20,000 bases of DNA from Jimgerdemannia flammicorona (GCA_003990765.1 RBNJ01000005.1:48505-68504); one strand, 5' to 3'. Shown: positions 1 through 12,463, numbered from the stretch's first letter. Program-made: numbers and translations. Notes: generated by a model not told the origin, from the sequence alone.

Positions 1-1
1 A

Positions 2-282
2 GTATACTACAACTCTGTAACATATAGTACTGTAACCTATCAAAGATATATTAATAGCAAATTCAATAAAAGCAAAGATAAAGTACCTTCACTATCTACC
101 AATACCATACTCAGTATATGAGATAGATGATGCTATTCTATGAGATAATCAGTTTATTTCAATATATTACTATATAAATGAACAGAGAGATATAATCCAA
201 GAACTACTCTTTCTAGATAACTACTTTATTAGAGATGATATCATATGATGATCTCATCAACCTATACTCAGACAATATATAA
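2..282 (+). pseudogene. C-terminal remnant of the LTR-encoded accessory ORF (copy A)
   Basis: Translates with frameshifts to VYYNSVTYSTVTYQRY...PIPYSVYEIDDAIL*DN...LLFLDNYFIRDD...YSDNI*, aligning with 12180-12463. Confidence 0.7.
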
Positions 283-345
283 GTCTATAAATAGCTTAGC
301 AGCTATTAGTATAGTTAGATTAGTAAGTACTATATAATTATATTC

Positions 346-480
346 TGACTCATTAGTTAGTAAATCTCTTAATATATCAGTTTATAACTTATACTATAAA
401 ACTTAATTCTGACTCATCAAGTACTAAAAGTACTAATTCATATTTAGTCTAGTCTAGATAGTCTCTCATTAGTATAAATA
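346..480 (+). promoter_or_regulatory. Main LTR promoter of copy A: two TGACTCA (AP-1/Gcn4-type) sites and a TATA box
   Basis: TGACTCA at 346-352 and 410-416, TATAAATA at 473-480. Equivalent positions are conserved in copy C. Confidence 0.6.
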
Positions 481-940
481 CTCTCTCTTCCAGATCTCAG
501 AAAATTAGATAAAAAATACAAACAATCTGAGTATAAACAATCTCTTATACAAATAATCCTTCACATACTACTCCTAGTATTTACTAATAGCAATATTATG
601 AATAGTGAATAAATCTATTTAATAACTCTCAAACCACAATTAAGTAAATCTATACTATATTAGATCTCACTCCTAACTACTCTAGAAATTTTCTAATTAA
701 ATATTATTTATAGTAATATACTAATTCAACTAAACTGGTCTTAGTTTCTTGAACTTTCTGAAATAATAGAAATTCTGAACATCTAAAACAAGTTCAAGAA
801 AAGGACTTTAATTGAGATGTTAACCTAATCTTGAAATCAATAATTATAGAGAATGTACTCTATATAAAATTGATCTTGATCTAAAAAAAATAGTCTTCTA
901 GAATATTCAGAGTAATTTAACAAAGTACTCTCTTATAACT

Positions 941-952
941 TAGTAGCAGTAG
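941..952 (+). other. Primer-binding site remnant (copy A)
   Basis: TAGTAGCAGTAG is the G>A-mutated form of TGGTAGCAGTGG and lies 3 nt after the LTR end. Confidence 0.75.
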
Positions 953-2948
953 TTTACAATTCAATTCTACTTTAAGATACTTTCTTATATAGCTATAAAT
1001 CTTCTCAAAAATTTCTACAAGTTAGTATAAAGCCTAACTACTGAACTAGAATTTATCCTGAACTATCTGACAATCTGGAGTAAATTGAACCTAATATATA
1101 AGGACAATTAGATCTCTACACCTGTAACAGATAAGATAAGCTTTATATAAATAATATAGTACTCTAGTTAAACTAACTAATAAGAGAAAATCTATTTATT
1201 AAACTTCTTACTCTACATTCTATAAGTCAAGATGAAGAAGGTTTTATATAAGCCTTCTTTACTCTTTTCAATAAGAGTTTTATAAGCACCAAGAACCCAA
1301 GTGATCTAGGATAACTAGTAGCTATCTTTCTAGCCTTAGTATTATATAAAACCCAAGTATCAGTAGTCTAGTGGCTTAACTCTACTAATTATTACTAAAC
1401 CAGAACAAAGACTATCCTATATTACTATTTTTAAAATTATAAGATCTATCATATTTTTAAAGAAGAGATCAGAGAAACTCTTTATCAATAATCAATAACT
1501 GAGCTAGAAGTAGGTCTAGCCAGAACTCTTCCTGAATCCAAAACTGAATCTGAAGCTAAACTAGACCTTAAGGAGCTTTTGATTTAAGCTCATCTGAACT
1601 CTATTATACAATAATACTATCTACTTTAATGCAGAACAAACTCAGCTACAATAAGACTAAAATAAAGAAAAGGAGAAGTATCTCACTAAATTCAATATAG
1701 AAATTCAGGACAAAACATATCTACAGAACAGCAGATAGTTATCTATCAGACCCTTATACCAGATTTATATCAGTCACTCTAGCAACTCATACAAACTCAA
1801 AAAATATCTTTATACTTGCACTTTAAATTATATCAATAACTCCACTATTAGTAGTATAACTATCTTTAGTAAACAATATGACAAATTATCAAATTCAGAA
1901 TCTCATAGCCCAAATAGCTATAATGGCAGCAACTATTACTGCCTTAGTTAAACAGACTAGATTAACTAAAAGTCTGAGTCTACTTATCCTCAATAGTACT
2001 ATATAAGAAGTTCAAAGCTTTATTAGAGTAGTAGATATCAATTTTGAAGCCAATCAATAGACTAATATATAAGTAAGTTACTGATCACCTTCTGACAAAC
2101 TGAGATCACAATATTAAACAACTTTTTGCTACTACTATGACTTATATCTACAGAGTTATTACATTTTTCTGAAGACCTGCTGAAGAATAGTAGTGAATAC
2201 TTCCTAAGAACCTCTAATATAAGACACCCAATCTGCTGTTTTTACTCAAAATATAGCAAATAATTCCCCTAGATATAAAGACCACTCTATAGCTCCTGAG
2301 CTTAAATAACCCATAATTACTTGATATCTAAGTAAAATCCTAATAGCTGAATCTTGAGTTAAACTCTATAATTTTTAATTTAATATATATAAAAAAGAAG
2401 AATTTAAAACCTTCTATATAAAACTCAAGTTACTTCTGAATACTGTTAGCTTAGAATATATCACCAATGATGAAGCACAAAATAGTATAAGAGCAGACCA
2501 CTTATTCAATATACTACCAGAATAGCTTACTAGAAAAATCTAAGAATAAGATGACTCTATTGGTTATAATTACCAAAAATAATACCTGAGTAGAATTAAG
2601 ATCATAGTTAAGTAAATTCTAACTGCTGAACCAATTCTATCTCAAAAAAAAATTCTATAGATATAATAAAGAAAAACCATAAACCAAGAAAGAGAAACTC
2701 AAACATAAACTATCCCAAGCTCTCTCTATATCCACATCCTAGATATCTAGAAATTCTGAACCTATCTTACTAAGTACCTTCAAAAAGCTCACTGAAGGAG
2801 AGTGAAATAAACTCAAAAGAAGTAGAGTATACTTCTATTGCTGAAAGACAGAATACATAGCTAGTGCTTGTTCTAATAGAAAACTCTAAACTATAATATA
2901 GGCAACTTCACCACTCTGTACCATCTCAATAATCTGACTACCAAAATA

Positions 2949-3355
2949 CTAAACTTTATCAAGTTAAGGATAACAGCTACTGCCCCTACTAAATAAAGCT
3001 AAAAAGTAGCAGATATAATCTATATATTACTAAAGAAGATATAGTATCCAACTATAAAATCAAGTAAGTCTATATAGAAATCAGTATACAAATTCCAAAA
3101 GAATATATTGGATAGATATATTCTTATAGCAGTCTAGCATTGGAAGAACTCTCAGTAGAAAGGGGAGTTATTGATGAAGATTACATAGATAAAATTATTG
3201 TCCTCATCTGGAACCATAGTTGGATACTCTTCAATATCTCTATTGATTACTATATTGCCTAGATCCTATTTCAGAAAATTGAGTCTACTCTAATAATTAA
3301 GAAAGTTCCTAAACTACTATCTACTATCTGAGGTTTAAAAGAATTTGACTCATCA
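2949..3355 (+). pseudogene. dut: dUTPase domain remnant (copy A)
   Basis: GVIDEDYIDKII (motif 3), IA*IL (motif 4) and *GLKEFDSS (motif 5 remnant); colinear with 15182-15589. Confidence 0.88.
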
Positions 3356-6300
3356 AACAAAGCCTCAGTCTAATTTACAGCAAATAAGAAAGAATAATTC
3401 TATGGAAAAATTGAAGAAGAATTTATATCTAGTAGTTAATACTCTTATAGTATTAAAATATACTCTTCTTAAATAAATAACAATTACTTCTCATATATTA
3501 ATAAATCAGTCAAATAAAGGACTAACAGAAAAAAGCCACCAAAATATATAGTTACTATTATAGATCAGACAAACTGCTTATCTTGTAAGCTTTTATCAAT
3601 TGAGTCCCTGTCAAGATCATAATAGACAGTACTATTTCTGGCAACTTTACTAATAAATAGAAAACCAAAAGACTTAAAGACTGACCTTCTCAGTATAACA
3701 AATACAAGCAGTTGTCACTGCTGATAAACCTCACATATTATTAAAAAGGAAGTCTGCAATCTACTCTTCAGAATTAGTAACTACTGAGTATATATTACTC
3801 TCCAAATTATATTACTCCCAGATAATAAGATTATTCTTAGAATATCTTAGTTAAAATAAAAAACTCTATAATAGATTAAGTAAACCATTCTCTGGCTATA
3901 AAGAAGAGACAATATAGTTTTAAGCTATAAGATGAAAAGGTTTATCAATTCTAGTGAATCTGACTAAAGATCATTTGTATCAATAAACTCTAACTTAAGA
4001 AATTAGTAAAAAAAAAATGCTCTTTCTTTGTTATTTCCATATGCTCATCTAAAGGAGAACTAAGAAATCTTAAGAAAGACTTCTCTAAAGTTGACAATTA
4101 AGTCAGACCCATGCTCCAGAGATTTTGAGACATATTTTCAAAGAAACTATTTAAGAGACTACTATCTATTTAAGTAGTAGATCATACAATCAAGACTATA
4201 TCAAGTGTTAAACTAGTCTTTAAGTCTATCTACTATATATCTTCTAGAGAAATTGATACTCTTAAAAAAGAGATTGATGAACTTCTAGAATAAGAATTCA
4301 TTAGGCCTAATATATTATTATATAGTATATAAGTCTTCTTTATTATCAAAAAAGGAGGAGATCTCTGTATATATATTGATTATTAAGATCTCAATAAACA
4401 GATTATTAAGAACTGTTGCCCTCTACTTTGAATTGATGAAGTCTTTGACAGACTTATCAACTTACAATTTATGAGTTCTTTTAACCTCTAAAATAGATAC
4501 TGGTAAATTGCTATAAAGGGAGACATCTACAAAACTACCTTCTGAACCTACTCTAGATACTTTGAATTTTAAGTTATATTCTTTGACTTAACTAATACTT
4601 CTACAATATTCCAGATCTTGATGAATACTCTTCTATATCTATATCTAAATAAATTTATTATTATCTATATTGATGATATTTTAATCTTTAGCAAAACCCT
4701 AAAGAAATATCTTAAACATCTTAAACTAGTACTACACAAACTCTGAGAAAACCAACTCTTTATAAAACTTAGTAAATAAAAATTTCTTTTGAAAGAAATT
4801 CAATTTCTTAGAAATATAGTTACACTTAATGGAATTAAAGTAGATTTTAGCAAAATCTCTGTAATTAAGAAATGGCCCAGACTCAAGAAGCTAAAAGACC
4901 TTTAGTTATTTTTAGAATTAATAAACTATTATATGTAATTTATTATAAACTTTGGCAAAATCACCACTACTCTTATCTAACCAACTAAATATAGTAAAAA
5001 AGAAGAATAACTCTAGACTATAAAGTAAGAAAAAGACTTCAACAATCTTATTAATTAGAGATCTGAATAAGATATAGTGTTTCAAGTCTTGAAAGATACT
5101 CTGATAACTACTCCAGTACTTTAAGCAATAAATCCTACTATGTTATATAAAGTTACCACTGATGCCTCTGAGCTAGCTCTTAGAGTAGTACTTATACAAG
5201 AAGAATACCCTGTGGCCTATCATTTCAGTAAGTTCAATGATACTAAATTAACTATACTATCTATGAGAAAGAGATGTTAGCCATTATAAATACTCTGATT
5301 AAATAGCATCTATACTTTAAAGGAGTACACTTCACTATTTTGATAGACTACAAATTATTGATCAATATCAAGACCCAGGCTATTCTTTTCCAAAAGTAAA
5401 CTAGATAGATGAAAATTCTTACCAACTTTGACTATGATATCTAGTACTACTCTTATAAGAAAAGTATTATTACTGATATTATCTCTATATTACTCATTGA
5501 TGAAGTAATCCAAACTCTTATCTTAGTTACTAATTCTATTATAGAATAAGTTATCACAGCATATATTGATGATAAAAAAGCTCAACCATGTTAAAAAATC
5601 TTGAGTAATGATAATATCAGTATATAATCTCAATACTATCACTACTAATTAAAAGATAATACTATTTATTATAAGGATAAATTGAATATTTCTAACAACT
5701 GCAATCTCTAAAGAACTATCTTCTTTAAATATCATAATACTCCTATAGTTAGATATATATTTAGAATTTGATAAATATTATAATTTTATCTCCTAAAACT
5801 TCTATTAGCTCTAAATAGTAAACTAGTTAAAGATCTATATTACTTCTTAAGATATCTGCTAGCAAAACAAGTTCTCAACTTTAGCAAAACTAAAACTACT
5901 CAACTCTATCTCAGTACTCTCTGTTAATTGGAAATAAATCACAATAGACTTTATTATATAACAACTTTAAACCAATAATGAGAAGGATATAATTGTTGTC
6001 TTTATAGATTATTTCAACAAATAAGCCCACTTTATATCTACTACTATAACTACAATAGTATCTGAAATTACTACTCTTTTATTTAACAATATCTTCTACT
6101 ATCTTGGTCTCTCTAAAATCATTATTAGTAACTGAGATCCAAAATTCACTATTTATTTTTGAAATGCTCTATACTTATACCTTGGAACAAAACTAGTACT
6201 ATCTACTGTCTTTTACCCTAAAACTGATAGCCAAACTGAAAGAATGACCTAAATTCTTGAGCAAATACTAAGGAACTATATTTCTTATAAGTAAGATAAT

Positions 6301-7036
6301 TGGCATAAATATCTCACTATAGTTAAGTTTGCCTACAATAATAGTAAATAAGCCTCTCTTAAAATAACTCTATTTTTTTTAATAATATAGAATAAAACCC
6401 AAACACTCTCCTGACTCTTATCAGATCTACAGATGAGCTCTCTACTGTTGAAGCTATTGAAGAATTTCTACTCTAAATATACAACTTAACCCAAGAATCT
6501 ATCTCAAGTCCAAAACTAATAATCTCAGTATATCAACTGATACTATTGAGAAGAATTTTTTGATATTAGTGAAAACATCTTACTAGATATCCAAGAATAC
6601 TAAATTGATAACCTCAAGTACAAACCTTCTACAAAACTAAACAGTAAGTTCATCAGACTATTTAAAATTATTATATAAGTTTCTCTAATATCCTATAAGC
6701 TAGCTTCATCAGATATGTACTATCAAGATTTCTCTGGTCTTCAATGTTCAACATCTCAAGCAATATAATGAAAATGGTGATGTCTTGTTTCTGAACTAAA
6801 CTATAAAACCACCAGTACCTATTATTATTAATAACTATGAGAAATATAAAGTTGAACAAATTTTCAATAAATATAGATATAAGAACCACCCAGAATATCT
6901 TGTTAAATAGAAAGGTTATCTGATCTACAATACTATATAAGAACTCAGAACAAATCTCTCAAATGCTACTAATTTAGTTTAAGAATATAATTCTTTGAAT
7001 AACTAGTTAAAATACTCTAATATCAACTATTACTAT

Positions 7037-7908
7037 TGCTTCTTTCTCTACTACCTTATTAGTTATAAGATTTGATAGGTATCCTTCCAAGTCTCCTTTC
7101 CTCTATTATTACTCCCTCTATCTTGGATTGATTTGCTGTACCTGTAAGAGCATAGTGGGTGGGAGGTAATGGTGTTGAGGTGCTCCTTTATCAGTATAAG
7201 ATCAGTGTCTTCTCCACTTTTTCATAGTTTCTAGAACCTTTGACTGTATCTGGGTATACCTATTTTGATGTGGTGTTTTCTTTCTTTTACTATCATCAAT
7301 GAGGTATCATCTTGGTATATCATAGACTATATATAATATCAGCCAATATTGGGTATTAAGTACTAGTAAATGTTATCTGCAGGTCTCTGATACCTGTGGT
7401 AGGACTCTCTGAGCTTTAGTGAGCTTCCCAGTAAGTATAGTTCTGATATAGGTGACTGCTTTTCAGATTGAGTTAAGATGAGAGGGGAGATGGTCATCAT
7501 AAATAAGAGAAAGAGTAATTATAGTAGATCAGTAAGATGCTAGACTAGAAGTAGTCATTGGGGCTGGGGCAGATACTATATCAGTAGGATCTTTTGATTG
7601 ATATAGAGAGGTTAGGTGGTAGGTATTACTCTCAGCTACTTTTGGCAAGTTATGAAGTTAGGCCCTGGTCATTAGAGATGATTGGGAGACCTAAGGCTAT
7701 CTGGGTCAGGTATCTTGGCTGCACTCAACTTTGCCCTATTGTATTTGATATGGTTGAGCTACTAGACAATAGCTAGCCTAAGTTTAATAAGGGTATAGTG
7801 CTTGGGGGGTGGTAGGGGAGGATTTTGGCCTATATAGTCGAGGTTCTCTTTTAATAAAATCTGTAGGACTTCAGGTTCATTAAACAAAAAAAAAAAAAAA
7901 AAAAAAAA
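7037..7908 (+). mobile_element. 5'-truncated non-LTR (LINE-like) retroposed insertion with poly(A) tail, probably with an inverted 5' segment
   Basis: Absent at the homologous site in copies B and C. Ends with a G-rich tract (7804-7821), AATAAA (7853-7858) and A23 (7886-7908). Flanked by a ~15-bp direct repeat, ATCAACTATTACTAT (7022-7036) and ATCAACTATCACCAT (7908-7922), differing by two C/T changes. Confidence 0.85.
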
Positions 7909-8323
7909 TCAACTATCACCATACTATATATATTATTCTTCCAAACATTATTAGCTCTCTTATAATTATTATGAAAACTCAGTCAAAATCTTAGCAAAAT
8001 TAAGATAAAAGAATATCTACTATTTAGAAAATAGCAAAACTAAAAGTCAGTCTATTCTCCCTATACTATTAGTGAGAAATGAGATATAGATATTTAAGAA
8101 GATTTCTTAGAGAAAATTCTCTAATAATGAATAATGTCAGAATTACTTCTAGTATACAGCATCAAATATATAATTCTTTAATATATAATTTAATATATTA
8201 GACAACTATACTATAAGTATATCACTTTCTAAAAAAAATGAATATTTTCAGACTTTTGTCTATCCAAATAGTATAATAACACTAAACTTAAATTATAAGA
8301 ACTCAATGAAGATGTAAAAAACT

Positions 8324-8333
8324 AAGGAGAGAG
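8324..8333 (+). other. Polypurine tract, copy A
   Basis: AAGGAGAGAG directly before T-TGTAAA; homologous to 19661-19673. Confidence 0.8.
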
Positions 8334-8334
8334 T

Positions 8335-8668
8335 TGTAAATATATAATCTCTAAGCTATAGAAATCTACATTACTCTCAGATCAAATTCAGAAATTATAT
8401 ATAAGATTATAAAGCTGAGTTAACTCAAAGTTATAGAATATAAAACTCATGAAAACAGAACCTTATCAATCAAGATTGAAGATATATATATTAGATATAT
8501 AGTATACCAAAACAGAGAACTACAATAAACAATAACTATAAATTCTCAAATATATATCCAGCCATGATCACTGAAGTCTACAACTGTATCTATACTAATA
8601 TTTGAAATACTATTGTCAACTGTGCTATAGAACTCTTATCTCTTATAAATATCTATAGCTTAGTACTA
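8335..8668 (+). repeat. 3' LTR of copy A (5' ~330 bp, truncated)
   Basis: Starts TGTAAA after the PPT and is homologous to 11111-~11471. Includes ATG 8564 and ~35 codons of the LTR ORF, then abuts pol sequence of copy B. Confidence 0.88.
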
Positions 8669-8669
8669 A

Positions 8670-10172
8670 TATAAACTCTCACCTTAGTTATTAACTCTAT
8701 TATAGAATAAATTATCACAGTATATACTGATGATAAAGAAGCTCAAGTATTCTGAGAAATCTTGAGCAATGATGATATTGACAAGTACTCTCAGTATCAC
8801 TAGTATTAATTGAAGAACAATATTATCTACTATAAGGAAAGATTGTATATTTCTAACAATCAAGACCTCTGAAGGACTATTCTATTCAAATATTATAATA
8901 CTCCTATAGCCAGATATTTAGGATTTGACAAATACTATAAAGTTATTTTTTGATACTTCTATTGGCCCTATATAGCAAATTGGTTAAAGACCTACATCAC
9001 TTCCTGTAATGTTTGCCAATACAACAAGTCCTCAATACTAGCAAAACCTGATCTACTCTACCCTATTCCAGTACTATCTGCTAATTGGGAATAAATATCT
9101 ATAGACTTTATTGTACAACTACTCTAAACCAATAATGAGAAAGATGTAATTGTTGTCTTCATAAACTATCTTAGCAAAAAAGTCTATTTAATACTTATGG
9201 CTACAATAGCAATAGTATCTGAAATTACTTTACTCTTATTTGATAATATCTTCTACTATCATAGTCTTCTCAAGATTATTATTAGTGACTGAGATCCAAA
9301 ATTCACAAGCTACTTTTAAAAAGCTCTACATATATACCTTGGAATGAAACTTGTACTATTTATAGCCTTTTATCTCACAACTGATGACCAAACTGAAAGG
9401 ATGAATCAAACACTAGAACAAATGCTAAGGAACTATATTTCCTATAGGCAAGATGATTGACATAAATACCTTACTACAGTTGAGTTTACCTATAACAACA
9501 GCAAACAAACTTCTCTTAAAATGACTCTATTTTTTGCCAATATAGGATAAAACCTGAACACCTCTCTGACTCTTAGCAGAACTATAAATGAACCCTCTAC
9601 TGTTGAAGCTATGTATTGAAGAATTTCTACTCTGAATGTATAATATAAGCCAGATTGAAATTGAGAATTTTTCCTAAGCTCAAGGACAATAATTATAGTA
9701 TTTCAACCAATACTACTAAGAAGAAATATTTGACATCAGAGAAAAAGTTCTACTAGATATCTAAGGATACTGAGTTGACAACCTCAAGCACAGACTCTCT
9801 ATAAAGCTAAATAGTAAATTTATTAGTCTATTCAAAGTTATTATACAAGTCTCTCCTACTTCTTACAAATTAGTACTACCAGATATCATCAAGATTCACT
9901 CTGTCTTTAATGTCCAACATCTCAAGTGATATAATGAAAATAATAATAAGCTATTCTCAAATCAAACTACAAAACCACCAGCACCTATCATTATTAATGA
10001 CCAGGAAGAATATGTAGTTGAACAAATCCTCAACAAATGTAGCCACAAGAACTATTTATAATATCTTATCAAATGGAAAGGTTATCCAATCTATAAAGTA
10101 ATATGAGAACCCAAAACCAATCTCCAGAATACTACTAACTTAGTTCAAGAATATGATTCTTTGAACAACTAA
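8670..10172 (+). pseudogene. Integrase + chromodomain pseudogene fragment, copy B
   Basis: CNVC zinc-finger half, IDFIVQL, SD*DPKF, DQTERMNQTLEQMLR, and chromodomain YVVEQILNK...YLIKWKGYP. Stop TAA at 10170-10172. Confidence 0.92.
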
Positions 10173-10604
10173 ACCTGAATACTCCAATACCTATTAGTCT
10201 TATACTATATATTACTTCTCTCAAATATTGTTAATACTATCCTTATAATTATCATAAATAAAATCAGAAACTCAGCAAGTCAAGATAAAAGAAATACTGA
10301 TTCTTTAGAAAAATAGCAAAACTGAAAGATAGTTTATTCTCTCTTTACTACTAGTGGAAAATGAGACATAGATATTAAGAAGATTTCTTAAAGAAAATTC
10401 TCTAGCAGTAATGATATCAGAATCACTTCCAGTGCATAGTATCAAACACATGACCCTTTAATATATAAATTTAACATTTTAGGCAACTGTACTATAAGTA
10501 TACCACTTTCTGAGAAAAATGAACATTATTAAACTTTTGACCATCCAAATAGTATAACAAACACTAGACCAAATTAGAAGACCTTGATGAGAACATCAAA
10601 AGCT

Positions 10605-10617
10605 AAGAAGGGGAGAG
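10605..10617 (+). other. Polypurine tract, copy B
   Basis: AAGAAGGGGAGAG followed by T-TGTAAG. Confidence 0.88.
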
Positions 10618-10618
10618 T

Positions 10619-11110
10619 TGTAAGTACACAACCTCTAAGCCACCAAAATTGCATATTACCCTCAGAACAAATTCAGAAATCACATACAAGATTTTGAAGC
10701 TAAGTTAAACTAAAGTCACAGATCACAAAGCTAAGTTAAACTGAAGTTACAGATTACAAAGCTGAGTCAACTTGAAGTTATGGAATACAAGATTTACATA
10801 AATAGAATCTTACTAATCAGGACTGAAAGTATATATACTAAATATGCAGATACATCAAAATGAAAAACTACAACAAACTAAACAAACAACTACAACTCTT
10901 AAATATATCCCAAACATAATCACTGAAATCTACAACTATATCTATACTGATATTTGGAATATTATTATCAACTGAGCTACAACTCTTCTGCTCCTCATAA
11001 ATATCTATAGCCTAGCACTCCTCTATTTTGTAGAAGCCTGATGGAATGCCCTGAACATATATAGCAAAGCTCACTGAATCAGACAAATCTCAAGTTACTA
11101 CCAGATTAGT
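10619..11110 (+). repeat. 3' LTR of copy B (5' ~490 bp, interrupted by copy C)
   Basis: Starts TGTAAG and is homologous to 11111-~11561. Contains the first 65 codons of the LTR ORF (ATG>ATA at 10916). Confidence 0.9.
10690..10782 (+). repeat. 31-bp tandem repeat x3 in U3 (unit ~GATCACAAAGCTGAGTCAAACTGAAGTCACA)
   Basis: Units at 10690-10720, 10721-10751 and 10752-10782. Copy C LTRs have two units each (11181-11242, 19745-19806); copy A has one (8405-8435). Confidence 0.88.
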
Positions 11111-11180
11111 TATAAGTGCACAACCTCCAAGCCACTGAAATCACATGCAATCTCTGAACAAATCTGGAAATCACCTACAT

Positions 11181-11297
11181 GATCACAAAGCTGAGTCAAA
11201 CTGAAGTCACAGTGCACAAAGCTGAGTCAACATGAAGTCACGGAATACAAGATTCACACAAATGGAATCTTACCAATCAGGACCAAATGCATATATA
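11181..11297 (+). promoter_or_regulatory. Putative upstream U3 promoter for the LTR ORF: 2x GCTGAGTCA, CCAAT box, TATATA
   Basis: TGAGTCA at 11192-11198 and 11223-11229, CCAATCAG at 11273-11280, TATATA at 11292-11297, then an A/C-rich leader and ATG at 11369. Confidence 0.5.
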
Positions 11298-11368
11298 CTG
11301 AGCACCAAGATGTGTCGAAACAAAGAACCAAAACAAACAATAACCACAACTTCTGAACATATACAAAT

Positions 11369-12463
11369 ATGACCACTGAGATCTACAACTGCATCCATGC
11401 TGACATTTGGAATGCCATTGTCAACTGAGCCACCCCCTCTGCCCCTCATGAATATCTATAGCTTAGCACCTCTCTACTTCATGGAAGCCTGATGGAATGC
11501 CCTGAATATACTTAGTGAGGCCCACTGAATTAGACAAATCTCAAGTTACTATCAGATCAGTCACCTCCTAGAAGACATGGTCGAACACCACCACGATACA
11601 GACATCACTCAGATGTCTCAACATCAGAAACTCATTTCCTGCAAACATCAAGAACTCTTCTATGAGTATAGCACTGTTATTCTCTGCCTCCAAGTTACTA
11701 CCACCGAAATGGTTGCTACCCTGTCCTATGGCCAAATCAACAACATGATACAAGAACTCAATCACAAGTACCTTGAGTATGTTGAGACTACAGACAGAAC
11801 CTTTCCACACCCCAATGACCATATCCTGCAAATGCCTCAAGTCGGATATGCCATGAAGGATGTCTATGATATAATCTGATTTGATAAAGATGAAGTAGAA
11901 GACAATGATCCCTCTGATGCTGATATGACCTCAAGCCAAGGATCCCTGCCAACCCTGATCACACCACCAACCTTACCGATGAACTTACAATAGTTCATAA
12001 CTACATATGAGACTTATTGGGACAATGATCACTGGTATGAATACCAACCCACATTTATTCTCGATTACTTTAATTATAATGAAGAGACTGGAGAACACAA
12101 CCTGTATCTTCAGACAACTCTCAAGATCAAACCAACAACTCTGCCACCCAAGTACAAGTGATTTGAACCACAGCCACCAGCTTACTACAACCCTGCAACT
12201 CATAGTGCTATAACCTATAGAAGGTATACAGATAGTGAATCTGATGAAAGTAAAGATGATACACCACTCCTTTACCCACCAATACCTTATCCAGTATACA
12301 AGACAGAAGACGCGATCCTGTGGGACAGTGATGAAGTTCCAATGTATTATTACCTCAGCGAATAAGGAGAAGTAATCTGCAAACTACTCTTCCTAGATGA
12401 CTATGTTATCAGAGATGATGTATTGATGGTAATGTTATTGAAGACTACCCAGACAGTGTCTAA
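11369..12463 (+). pseudogene. LTR(U3)-encoded accessory ORF, ~365 aa, unknown function
   Basis: Reconstructed as MTTEIYN(R)IHADIWNAIVN(R)ATTLLPLMNIYSLAPLYFMEA(R)WNAL...MVEHHHDT...YDII(R)FDKDEVED...PPKY..PPAYY...YPDSV*. A 2-nt deletion near 11435 is bridged in frame by copies A and B. ORF-track 11577..11879 is a piece of it. Synonymous transversions versus copy A support coding. Confidence 0.75.

Larger units (their letters stand above)
1..937 (+). repeat. 5' LTR of copy A (3' portion only)
   Basis: Homologous to ~12180-13151. Contains TATAAATA 473-480 and AATAAA 608-613. Ends CTTATA (932-937, mutated CTTACA), followed by ACT and the PBS remnant. Confidence 0.85.
718..7006 (+). pseudogene. 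gag-dUTPase-pol polyprotein pseudogene, copy A
   Basis: Start ATG>ATA at 718 (homologue of 12899). Many stops and frameshifts. Recognisable CCHC knuckle (~2830-2871), dUTPase, IIDS protease site (~3619), YIDD (4666), TTDAS (~5155), QTERM (~6232) and chromodomain ending TAG 7004-7006. Confidence 0.92.
1..8668 (+). mobile_element. Ty3/gypsy chromovirus LTR retrotransposon, copy A (heavily mutated; starts inside its 5' LTR, 3' LTR truncated, interrupted by a non-LTR insertion)
   Basis: Colinear with copy C from ~12180 onward: LTR tail, PBS remnant, gag, dUTPase, PR, RT (YIDD at 4666-4677), RNaseH, IN, chromodomain, PPT, and LTR start TGTAAA at 8335. Most differences are C>T or G>A. Confidence 0.95.
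8670..11110 (+). mobile_element. Ty3/gypsy chromovirus copy B (3' fragment: IN, chromodomain, 3' region, PPT, partial 3' LTR)
   Basis: Colinear with ~17755-19983 and continues further into LTR sequence. Decay is intermediate between copies A and C. Confidence 0.93.

Noticed and set aside
7297-7320. Minus-strand YQDDTSL resembling an RT YADD motif
   Set aside because: Flanking RT motifs are absent and it is not in the best open frame.
7594-7776. 60-aa + strand ORF
   Set aside because: Non-ATG start and no recognisable motif; it is probably the antisense shadow of the inverted LINE-like segment.
10690-10782. 31-bp repeats as a CRISPR array
   Set aside because: Head-to-tail units without spacers, inside a eukaryotic LTR.
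11984-11989. CTTACA as an earlier LTR end
   Set aside because: No PBS follows, the ORF reads through it, and the TATA/AATAAA pair lies downstream. The CTTACA at 13146 has a PBS in both copies.
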